NCBI GenBank assembly: GCA_016748015.1
Contig: JAAOMT010000046.1
Location: 310,001-374,000 of the forward strand
Length of the DNA stretch: 64,000 bases
Origin: Geosiphon pyriformis uo1
Taxonomy: Eukaryota > Fungi > Glomeromycota
Reading direction: 5' to 3'
Shown piece after piece: positions 12,542 through 23,250 of this stretch (position 1 is its first letter; the number at the start of each line of letters is the position of its first letter). Made by a program: the position numbers and the translations under genes. The notes beneath the pieces are model-generated. The model ran no database searches, had not been told where the DNA came from, and saw only the letters and a list, made by a program, of their open reading frames with translations.

Positions 12542-15500
12542 CAGATCTAGTTTGGAGGATTACAATATGTAATGTTCGGAGCATGAACAATCCTGCAAAA
12601 CAGGATAACATTATTCGGTGGCATTCAGAAATGGGCAGCTTGATTTCAATTGTTATTGAAACTAAGTTGAAAGGCAGGATCTGTCCTTGAATCATGAACA
12701 AGTTTAAGGGTGTTTGGATTTTCACTTCGGGTTTAAATAATGGTCATTTGGGTGCTGGTGTCACAATTATTATGAACAATTTTTTGGCTCAGCATGTGAG
12801 TAAGGTCTTGGAGGTTCCTGGCCAACTCCTCTCTATCAGGTTGCTCTTCAAAAATAAGCTTTCAGTGTCGATTTTGGGGCTTTTACACTGGCACTTCCTT
12901 ATTGGTTTGGTTTTCTCAGACTGGTGATATCAACTCTGTTATAGCTAAAGCCATAAACAAAATTTCTTTTGTTATTCTTGGTGGTGATTTCAATGAGAAC
13001 GAATCTCATAGGTGTGCCAGTTTTAGAAAATGCTTTGATTTGGGTTTGGTCAACTCTTTGGATGGGAGCTTTTTTGTTAAGTTATTGACTTGGTGCAATT
13101 TTTGTGATGTTACTAAAACAATTGATTACATGTTTGTCTTCTCTAATTTGGTTAATGCTATTGTAGATTGAGGTGTGATAGGTGTCATTGATTTCTTTAA
13201 TACTGATCATAAGACTGTTTCTGTTTCTGTGGGTCTGGGTGGTTTGTTGGATGTACAGCTTTTTTCTCTGCACAAGCAGGCTAACAAAAATTGTTGGAAG
13301 TTTGACGTCAAGAATGTCAATACTGCGAAGTGGTTGGAGTTCAAAGATGCTTCAGCTGCTAATGCTTCCATGTTCTCAGATGCATTTGCTATAGCTGAGA
13401 GGTTTTCAGATATGGATATAATGTGGGACATTGTTCACAAAATTATGATTATTTTGGCTAATGGGCCATTCAAAAAAAAATGGTTTAAGGGTTTTGATAG
13501 TGTTTTTAATAAGGTGTCTTCTAAATTTCACAAGCTGGAGCTGCTTGTTTCTAAGCTGGTGAAATCTTCTCACTTGGTCTCTGGTAAGAATTTTGCTTTG
13601 CTGTTGGATATATGGGACAGGCTTGACTTAGTTGGTGTCTTGTCTGTGAAATCTCTTTTCCTTTTGGGTTTTAGTTTTGATACTATTTACTCTGAGCTGG
13701 CTAAGACGAGGAAGTTTTACCACTCTTCTAAGTTGCTAGAATCTAAGTATGCTGGGGAAGCTTGTATCAGGCAGACCATTGAGGATAAAATGGAGAGTTT
13801 TGAAATGGACAAGGGGCATACTATTAGGAGTGTTTTGGAACATCTTTTTCATAAAATAGTACTGGATCATTTGGTTGTGGGTAATGAGTTGGTCTTGGAG
13901 CCTGGATTGGTTAAATCTAAGGTTAACAAAATTATGGAAGGCTGGACTAGAAAGCACATAGTGATGTCAGATATCTCTGATGATTGGATGCACCAATTCC
14001 AACTGTTGGATTACATCTTTAATGGTGCATTCTCCAGTGTAATGTGTTCAATTGGCTTTGATAAAATGTTTGATGTTGTTTCAAGTTTGTCTAATAGAAA
14101 GATGGCTGGTCTCTCTGGATATGCTTTTAGTGTTTTTGAATTCTTATTTGGAACAGGAGTCTGTGCCTGGGCCCTGGAAGGAAGCTTGGGTCTCCATGAT
14201 TCCTAAACCATATGAATGGGAGGGCATTTTTACAAACACCCGCCCTATTGCCTTGATTGAAACAGCCCGCAAGATTCTTTTTAAGATTCTTTTGGACAGG
14301 ATCTCTTTGGCTTGCAGCAAGTTTAATGTTCTCCATGGGAACAATTTTTCTGTTTTGAAGGGCATGACAACACAGTCACCTATTTTTGCCATTGGATCTG
14401 TGGTAGAGAATGCCTTAGAGAAGAACCGGGAGCTGTGGCTGGTGTTACAAAATATGTGCAAGGCTTACGATTCTGTTGGTTGAAAACATCTCGAGAGGAG
14501 CCTGGTCAGGATCAAAATGTGTAACCAGTTTATTAGGTTTTTTGGCAGCATCTACAATGGTCACACTAACAGAGTAATGACAGACTTTGGCCTAACTGAT
14601 GGCTATTGTGTTCACAACAGCTTGGATCAGGGTGAAGTTTTCTCACCACTTCTTTGGCAGATATTTTATGATTCACTCTTGTGCAAGGTTAAAAGACAGG
14701 AAAGCTTGTATGGTTACAAACTGATTTTTTATTTTATTTCCAACACTGTCATGTGGAATCTTAGGCTGAGTTGACATTATTTTTGGCTGCTAGTGCTTTC
14801 GTTGATGACACAATTTGGGTTGGCAGCAGCCAGGCTATAACACAATACATTCTCAATGTTGCTAGTGAATTTTTTAGGCTCAATAACATTTCTATTAACA
14901 ATAACAAGACTGTTGCTATTCCTATTAACTGTCGGGTTGCGAACTCTTATCTGACCATCAGTGGCTCACCTATTTCCATTGTGAAAAAAGGGGAATCTCA
15001 TTAGTACCTAGGAATTTTTTTGTCTTCTAAGGATCTTTCGAAGCCTAGTTTGGCTAAGGCTCACTTGGACGTTTGGTTTTTTGTCAATCTTGTCCTGAGG
15101 AAAGCAATTTCAGATAAACAGTTTGCGTACTTGGTTTTCATGGTTTTTTTTTCTATTATCAGCTACAGGACTCAATTCAGCTTTGTTTTTATTAGTGTGT
15201 ATGCCAAATGGGACTCTATGGTTCATAAATGCTTGAAGTTTAAGTCTGGGCTTCTGCTTGATTTTCTCAATGACACAGTTTATCATCCTTCTTTGTATGG
15301 TTTGAAAACTTTTGAGCAGACTCAAGCTGAGAGTAAATTAGCATTCATTATAGTTTTTACTAATTCAGTTGGTACTTTGGGCCATTTGTTCTTCCACAGA
15401 TTTCATGACTTTCAGGCTCTCAACTGGCATCCTCGTCACCCTTTGCTGTTTCTGGTTCACATTAATGTCAATTCTTCAAATAACTTTTTGGCTGGCATGG

Positions 15501-17185
15501 TTTGTATTTTTTCTGGGTGTGATTTGTCTTTAAACGCCTCTTTTGCTAGTGCCTTTTACCTTCGTGGTAGTACTCCTATGTCTCTTGTCCTTGGTGAAAA
15601 AATTTTTTTCAAATGTGTTTCATTACTTAAGCATTATGGTATTGTTTTTGTGGATCAACTTTGTGACTGGAATAGTGTTATTTATGATTGAAAGTCCTTC
15701 AAGCACTGAAAAAGGCTGGACTTCCATGGTCCAGTTCCCTTTTGGTTTGATCTCTCTGTTCGGTTTCTCAATGGTGCTGCTTCTGCATCTACTTGCTCTT
15801 CTCCTGTGAATGGTCGTGCTCCTTCTGATATTCATTTGTCTCATAATTTTGGTGTTGTTTGTGATGATATGTTGGCCACTAATGTTACTGCTCATCTTTT
15901 TGTGTATATGGATAGATCTCTGAGTGGTTTGGGTACTGTTGATATAAAGGCTGGTGCTGCTGTGTTTTTTGAAGACATTAATTTAGGTTTGGAAGTGGAA
16001 GTGTCTGGCTTGGTATCTTCTACGCTGACAGAATTGCAGGCCATTGTTCTGGCTCTTGAATGTGTTCCTTCTTTTTGTTCAGTTAACTTGTTCTCAGACA
16101 GCCAAGCTGCTTTGGATGCATGTAAAGCTGAATCCTTGTTGGCTCGTCTGGACTTCAGAAATCAGTGTTGGATTGAACGATGTCATATTGCTAACATTGT
16201 TTATAAGAAAAATTTAGATGTAAATTGGGTCAAGGTTAAGGGTCACTCAGGCGTCTTGGGCAATGAATGGGCTAATGTGTTTACTAGGATAGCTGCTTCC
16301 TCCTCTTGGCAGCTACCCCATATGATTAGTGAATGTTTTTTGAGGGCTGGTGGCTCTGCGGTTTCTGGTAATTCAAGACATTTTGTTCATAACATTTTCT
16401 ATTCTGTTTACTGTGCATGTTGAGAGGTTGGTTCTGGTTCCAGGATCATAATAGATAGGCTGCATGCTGATATTAACTGGTCCAAATCTTCTTTGGTGTG
16501 GCATCTGGACTTCCACCTAGCTACTGGTTTTACTAGTGCTCGGACTGCTGGTTTTCGAATGTATTTTATGAAAGCTTTGTACCATTGCCTTCTGGTGGCT
16601 GTGCATAAGTGTGTTTATAATAGGTGTTACCCCAATGTTACGTATTTGTTCTGTAGGGATGTTGAAGTCTCAGACCATGTTTTTTCCTGCCCATCTGATG
16701 CTGCTGGTTGCACTCACCTGGCGGATATTCATGCTTCTATTTGGGAATCACACTCGGGTTTATCTCAGTCTTCCTCTTGTGTTTTACAGTTGCTGTTTAC
16801 TCACTTCTTTGATGTTATTGTTGATACAGCTCTGTGTAAGGGCTTTGTTTTTTGTGAATGGTATCGTGAGTCTGTTTCTATCTTTAAGGATTCTAAAGTT
16901 GCAGCCCAGAATATTGTGGCCTTTGTGTGTGATTTCTGTCTCACATTCTGGGATGATATCTGGCTAGTGCGAGCTAAACACTGAGCTTTTATGGAGAAGA
17001 GTGGATTGATTCCATATGATGGTTCTGTTCTTGTAGCTATATTTGGTTTTTTCTCTGTGCTTTTGGCTGGTGTTGTCAGGTTGTTAGGCATTGCTGATGC
17101 TTTTGGTGTTGGTTTTGGGTATCATAGACATTGTTTGTTCTTTTTGGGTATTGAAGATGAAGCTTCTGTTCATATAGGGGTGTAG
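12538..17185 (+). pseudogene. LINE B ORF2 (APE, RT, RNase H, Zn finger)
   Basis: GGDFN, RPIALIE, KAYDSVG, DQGE, AFVDDT, KVKGHSG; small deletion near 14118 relative to LINE C. Confidence 0.93.
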
Positions 17186-17399
17186 TGTCATTCTGATTGG
17201 CTCAAATGGCTAGTCATGTATAGAAAATGCATGATTCGCACCTAGTTTAGATCATATATTGATGTATTATACTAGTTTGCATTTGGACTTTACTCAATAA
17301 ATGTGAAAAAAAAAATACTAATATTTTATGTAATATGTCAATTTCATTATTGATTATTAATTAATCTAAATTTATATAAAAATATATATATGTATTTTT

Positions 17400-18230
17400 A
17401 ATGTAATTCTATAATTTTTTAATTTTTCATATTTTAAAAATCTGTTTACAATGTTTATTTTATCATGTTATCTATTTATTAATTCAAAATCAATTATTGT
17501 TTATTGAAAATTTCAATTGTTATTAATATAATAAGCAGTAACAAAAACAAAGGCTTTATTATTAGAAAATGTTTAGAAATCTGATGTAAAAGAAATTTTG
17601 GACTTGATAATACTTAAATATGCTTATTATATTATAAGTATAAGTAAAAAAAAGAAACATTTTATAATAAAAATAGTACTTACTCTTAATTCTTGTTTAT
17701 CCAAAACATAGAGTTTCATAACTTTATTTTTAATTGTATTGACACAAACAAATTAAGAAGTGAAATTCAAATATTAAAATATTTTGATTAATTCAAGATT
17801 TTTTTACTGTAAAAAGTGATTGTTGGCAGTTGATAAACCAAATAGTAATCATATTATAAAGTTTTTTATTCTTAATATTAATAGTAATTACTATAAAAGA
17901 CTAGAGCAGTTTTCTAGTTAAATTGGCCAAAAATTATAAAAAAAAATAGCAATCTCACTCATTGAAATATTTCTTTAATTAACTTGTAATCTTTCTAAAT
18001 ATTTTGTCTTTTCTTATGATATTTTTCTATTGTAACATATATTGTTTAGTAGAAAGTCTCTAAATAACACCATAAAGATTTAGTAGTATCTGTAATTCTA
18101 TAAGAAAATAGTTTATGCACATATTTTAAGACCATATACTTAGCTGTTTTTTTTCTTTTATTTACTTAAACTTATTAAAATAGTTTTATATTTTATTCTA
18201 AAAATTATATTTACCAAATATATTAATATT
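17400..18230 (-). pseudogene. hAT transposase, N-terminal part (BED-finger remnant and first catalytic Asp)
   Basis: KISFTSDF*TFSNNKAFVFVTAYYINNN*...IIDF (=SFTxDxWTSxN..F..VTAH.I...W); WFINCQQSLFTV; TTKSLWCYLE (BED-like); GTAAGT..AG intron at 17623-17683. Confidence 0.85.
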
Positions 18231-18440
18231 TAGATTATTTGGGTTATTAAATTCTATTATTTTGGATTTTGAATTTTTAGTAACATTAAATAATACTAAT
18301 AATAAAATTCATTTTGGTAAGTTGAAAAATAAAGTTGTTATATATACATAGTTTTATATAACTTTTTAACTAATTATAATAATTAAACAAAGTAATGATT
18401 AATAAACAAATATTACAAATTATATATATTTTTAATTCTA

Positions 18441-18590
18441 TCAAACTTGAACTAAATTTAAACTTGTTAAAAAAATTTAATACTAAACTTGAACCAAACC
18501 TACTTTGAAAAATTGGTTTAGTTTAAGTTTAGTTTGTAATTTAAACTAAATTTGAACAATATCTAAAGTTTAATTTAATTTGGTTTAATC
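18441..18590. repeat. Short direct and inverted repeats (AAACTTGAAC(C/T)AAA and its complement); probable hAT subterminal region
   Basis: aaacttgaactaaa, aaacttgaaccaaacc, ggtttagtttaagtttagttt; looks like a C>T/G>A-decayed CCGAAC array. Confidence 0.55.
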
Positions 18591-18599
18591 AGAATTTTA

Positions 18600-18697
18600 T
18601 TATTTATATTGTTATTTAAAGTAGTCAATAATCAAATTATTGATTACTTTCTAAAAATAAAATGGCTAATTATATAATATCAATGACTAATATATAT
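18600..18697 (-). repeat. Inverted fragment of a family-B LTR abutting the B1 5' LTR
   Basis: Reverse complement matches the LTR at about 18737-18810 (atattatataattagcc..ttatttttagaaagtaatca) and about 18887-18917. Confidence 0.75.
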
Positions 18698-19433
18698 TGT
18701 TATAGTTAAAATTCATAGTTTTTATTAGTTATTACATGTATTAGCTACTAATATTATATAATTAGCCCTCTTATTTTTAGAAAGTAATCATTAATTTGAC
18801 TATTGATCTGATTATTGATTTAACTGTTAATCTAATTATTGACCTGATTAATAACTTAATTGTTGATTTAGTTGTTAATCTGATTATTGATTATTTTTAA
18901 TAGTTATATAAATAATAAGTTCTTTAACTATAAAAAAATATAATCAAAGTAATAAAATAAAATTTATTATTAATTGTTTTTTCTTATATTATTTATTTTC
19001 TTTTCCTTATTTTCGAGTATTTAAATATCTTGTAATAAAAAATTATTTATTAACATTTACATATCTTATTTTTTTCTCTTTTTAATTTATATTATTAGAA
19101 TTAGTCTAAGAAGCAATTGCTTATTTTTGTAATTTATTGAATAAAAAAACAATTGAAAAACATAACAATATCTGTTATTGATTTTAAGAATTGTCAATAT
19201 AAAGCATAGAATAATAGCAATAGTATTATTTTATTAACAATTATAAATTATTCTTCTACTTTCAGATTTTTAGAAAAAATTAGCAATTGTAATTTTTATA
19301 AGATTAATTATACATATTGAATTTATACATATTTAATTTGCTTTTTTATTATAATTTCTTTTTAATTATTTCTATCACTTTACAATTTTGTTTTCTTTTG
19401 CTATTTATTAGCTTATTACTTTAATTCATAACA
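18698..19433 (+). repeat. 5' LTR of Gypsy B1
   Basis: TGTTAT...ATAACA termini; colinear with 35258-35755 plus 42675-42880; contains a 12-bp tandem array. Confidence 0.85.
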
Positions 19434-20145
19434 TAAAAATGGTGTTTTCTATAAGATTTTCAAAATTTACTTGTTTTTTATTGTATAAATAATATTCATA
19501 TTTATTATAACAATCAAAAAAACACTATGTAGCACACAACAGAAACAACTTAAATTTTATTAAACTTAACTTTCTACCCTTTTGCTTAATTTGCTTTTTT
19601 GTTAAAAAACAATCTAATAGATTATTTTAAAACTTTTGGAACTGCTTTTTGAACAAAAATTTAGCTAAAACTTATACAAAATACACAACTTATTTCTTTA
19701 ATTAAGCTTATTTTAAAAACTTTTTTAAAAAAAAAACAATAATATTAATTATTTTCTATATTTTACAATTTTTGAACAACAATTCTCTGATTTCGAATAT
19801 TTAAATTATTAAACTCATATCTGAATTACTGCTTATTAACTAGCTAAAACTTTTTTTGAAACAGAAAAAAAAACTATCAAACTATTTTTGTTTTTAATCT
19901 CTTTTTAAGTAAATCAAATTTTTTCATATAAACAGTTACTCTTAAACCAATAGCTGTTGATTTCATGCAAACAAATATTTTGGTTCTCTTCAAGGTATAT
20001 AAACTGTTCTAAAGCAAAGAAACAATATTTTATTATTATTATTTAGAAATAATATTCAAAACTTAATTGAATAGTTAAACAATTTTAAAAAAGCAGTTAT
20101 ATCTAATCAATATAATGTGAAATACAAATTCCAAAATATTGGTGG

Positions 20146-21022
20146 TATTACTCATAAAATATAAAAAGTATATTAACATATAAATTAGCCAATTAGAAAT
20201 AGCCGTAGTAAATGTGGAATTCCAAAATTCCTTTCAAGAGGAATTGCAGGATTCCAGGAATTTCAGGATTCTTGTACAAGAAATCACAGGATTCCAGAAT
20301 TCCAGGATTTCTCTCAAAAAAAATTGCAAGATTCCTGGAATTTCAGGATTCCTGGTGTGAAAAATTGAGGAATTAAGGAATTTTAATTATGTATATATAG
20401 GAGTAGTATTAAAAGTAGAAAAAAACAGATCTTTCCATTTAGATTTAATCTAAGCAACCTTCCACATTACAAATATCAATAAATAATTATTCAATATCTC
20501 AAATCCACTCTCCACTATTAACATTTTATGTTGATAATAATTGATACTTAACCACACTGGAACAATAGCTCTTGATTATAACTATTGATGGGATACTAAT
20601 TTGCAAATTGCCTTGGCTTATTTTCTTTATTTTTTCTTGTTTTTCTTTTCTTTATTTTATTTCTGTGATGTTATTGTTGTGTACTAATTAATTGAAAAAA
20701 AAATAATATATGGAGTACTAATGTCAAAGTGATTGATAAAAGACCCAAAAATAAGGATAGAACACTCAATTGAGAATAGCTTACCAGAAGGAATACTAAC
20801 CATTATGCTGAGAAAAAAATTGACGAAACTGCAGTTTCAGAAAGCTACGGATAATCACTATTAAATTTCTGTTCATTATACAAAGAACCCAATTGAAACC
20901 TTCAGATAACAATATCTTCAAATACAAACAACCTTCAGATAAAACTATCAATTAGAACATACATCAAGCACCAAGTTATGAATTTGTTATTTGATTTGAG
21001 ACCCAAATAATTACCTGTAACA
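20146..21022 (+). repeat. 5' LTR of A1 (877 bp)
   Basis: TATTAC...TGTAACA; aligns to the 3' LTR apart from a 48-bp indel and substitutions; TATA-like gtatatatag at 20391-20400. Confidence 0.96.
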
Positions 21023-21024
21023 TT

Positions 21025-21040
21025 TGGTGCTTCCTGTAAG
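21025..21040 (+). promoter_or_regulatory. Primer-binding site (TGGTGCTTCCTGTAAG)
   Basis: 2 nt after the LTR end; begins TGG, complementary to tRNA CCA; implies a tRNA ending ...GGAAGCACCA (identity not determined). Confidence 0.8.
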
Positions 21041-21082
21041 GTATAATTTTACAGAAAACCAGCACCAACAACAATCCAAACA

Positions 21083-23250
21083 GTGGCAGAATCTGAAAAA
21101 ATAAGAACAAACCATTTGGGATTTGCAAAATTCTTATTCCAATATTATTACACCCATCTTGGATTAACAAATAATAGTTGGCCAACAGAATCAGCTTTCA
21201 ATTGCTATGTCAACAAGAAGATTGTATACCATTTAGGAGGCCAAGAAGATTCAGAATCCGTCTTTAACAACTTTTTTAGTGAATTGCTCCAAAGCATCAC
21301 TCTTCCACAAAACTACCTATTTGCACTTCTAATTACAGAAATAAACAGAAAAATTGAAAAATACACCAAACAGAGATTTCCTATTACTTTTGCTGACAAA
21401 GAAAAAGAAAGGTTACAAATACCAGCAAAAACACCAAAGCAAATCCAACTATCCACTTAGAAAAAACAAAAATTTGATTCACCTACTAACTCATTATATC
21501 ACCACACACCCAGAAGCACTATCAATATAATAAGCACAGCTACAACAAGTGTGACGACACTACTAAACAGAATCTCATTCCAAAGTAAACAAAAGAAAGC
21601 AGAATTATTAGAAACATATGGCAATTATTTCAAGGAATTTAAATCACAATCTCTAATGCCATCAGGAATTTGATCACTATTACCACAACCAGATTTTGGA
21701 GCCATTAGTCCTTGAGAAATAACTGATTCAGAGAAAGAGAAGAGTAGTAATCAGAAAACTAGTAAACAAAACCTGATTCTAGAAAATTCAGAAATTAAAA
21801 CTCCAGTTAATCAAACTCTGGAAAATCAGAATGATCAAAACCCTAACATAATTAATCAACAAAACTTACTTTCAATAATTAAGATCAATTCACTACTCAT
21901 TCCACTAATTGCTGAACAGCAACAACAACCACAACTGCTATTCCAACAACAAATCCAGCAGCAACTACAACAACAACCAATGGCCTATGCTCCAATCACC
22001 AAAATAGAAAAATTTACTGGTGAAGAGAATGACACTCAAGTATGGCTTAACAATGTAGAAAAAACCATCGCAGCTAATAGATGGAATGACAACAGAGTCC
22101 TTTAAGCAATTCCCTATTTTCTACAGGATACCACCAACTTATGGTATTAGAGTTTAGCTGCTAAATCTCAAATGTTCCAAGAATTTAAAATTGCATTCTT
22201 GAAATATTTCAGTAATAATAACAGTATTAATCACCTAGCCAACACCTTCACTACAATTAAACAGAGAGAAACTGAAACAGTTACTGCTTACTTGGAATGC
22301 TTCCACAGGAACTTGTGCCAAATTTAAGCAATTTAAGCTGACTATTTTACAGCACCACAGATCCTAAACCAGTTCATCCATGAACTGTGCAGTAGCCTTC
22401 TTTAATATGTATGCCCAATGTACTCACAAACTTTCCAAGACACAGTCACTAATACAAAAGATTTTGAATTGGCAGAACTTGAAGCAAACTATGTCCAAGC
22501 CATTAACCTAGTCATGAATAGATCATCTGACTTGGATTCCAAATTGAAACAACTCAGTGATTCAATTAATCAGAAATTAGAAGGATACTTAACTAGCAAT
22601 TGTGCAATTTATCAACCACCACAATGATGTAATAATTCAGGAAACATGAATCATTTCCAAAATCAGTTACATCTATTATTATCTTCAAATCAGCCATGGC
22701 AACAAAAAATGTGTGTTTGTCATAACTGTGGTAAACAAAGCCACATTAGAGCCAACTGCCAATTTTATAGTAATAACTCACAATCAGGAAATCAATATTG
22801 AAACCTTGATTGCTGGTTTTAAGCTCTGAGTTATCAATCCAGCTCAGCACCATATCAACCAAATTACCTATCTATGATACAATAGCCAATATATTAACCA
22901 CCAATTTATTAGCCCTTAGTACCTGTCATTTATCAATTGCAGTCCCAATCTATCTATCAGCCGCAGTCTCAAGTAATCTATTAACCCCAACAAATTCAAA
23001 CACTGCCACAAAACTTACCTTAAAATAGAACCCAAAGACTGAAACTGACACAACAAAGCTAGAGATTGTAAATAATAGTTCATCAACCGATTCCCAGTTC
23101 TTCCACGCATCCATCTGGATTATGAAAACAGAATTTGGGCATCAGGTACACCTAAAACCCAAGTTCTCAGAACTATTTAAGTCTTCTGGTTATTCCAGAA
23201 GACACCTTATCTAATAATTGGAGATCCACCAAATACAGCCCTTACCAATA
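21083..23250 (+). pseudogene. gag: A1 gag: long N-terminal extension, capsid (from ~21980), CCHC knuckle (22718-22759), Pro/Gln-rich linker
   Basis: One frame with several stops; KFTGEENDTQVWLNNVEK, IKQRETETVTAY, CHNCGKQSHIRANC. Confidence 0.88.

Larger units (their letters stand above)
10597..17313 (+). mobile_element. LINE B, full-length
   Basis: 10-bp TSD aatactaata at 10587-10596 and 17314-17323; poly(A) tail; 5' UTR homologous to those of LINE A and E. Confidence 0.95.
1166..18599 (-). mobile_element. Decayed hAT-superfamily DNA transposon, interrupted by LINE A and LINE B and bounded at its 3' end by Gypsy A2
   Basis: Minus-strand transposase motifs appear in the correct order across three segments; repetitive subterminal region at 18441-18590; right boundary approximate. 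Confidence 0.8.

Noticed and set aside
18600-18810. Functional hairpin or foldback element
   Set aside because: Explained by a family-B LTR abutting an inverted fragment of a related LTR.
18791-18886. CRISPR-like array
   Set aside because: Contiguous 12-bp units without unique spacers, inside an LTR, in a eukaryotic context with no cas genes.
22810-23028. Ser/Thr-rich overlapping ORF in the A1 gag-PR linker
   Set aside because: Alternative frame of the repetitive PIYQP linker; no independent evidence in this window.
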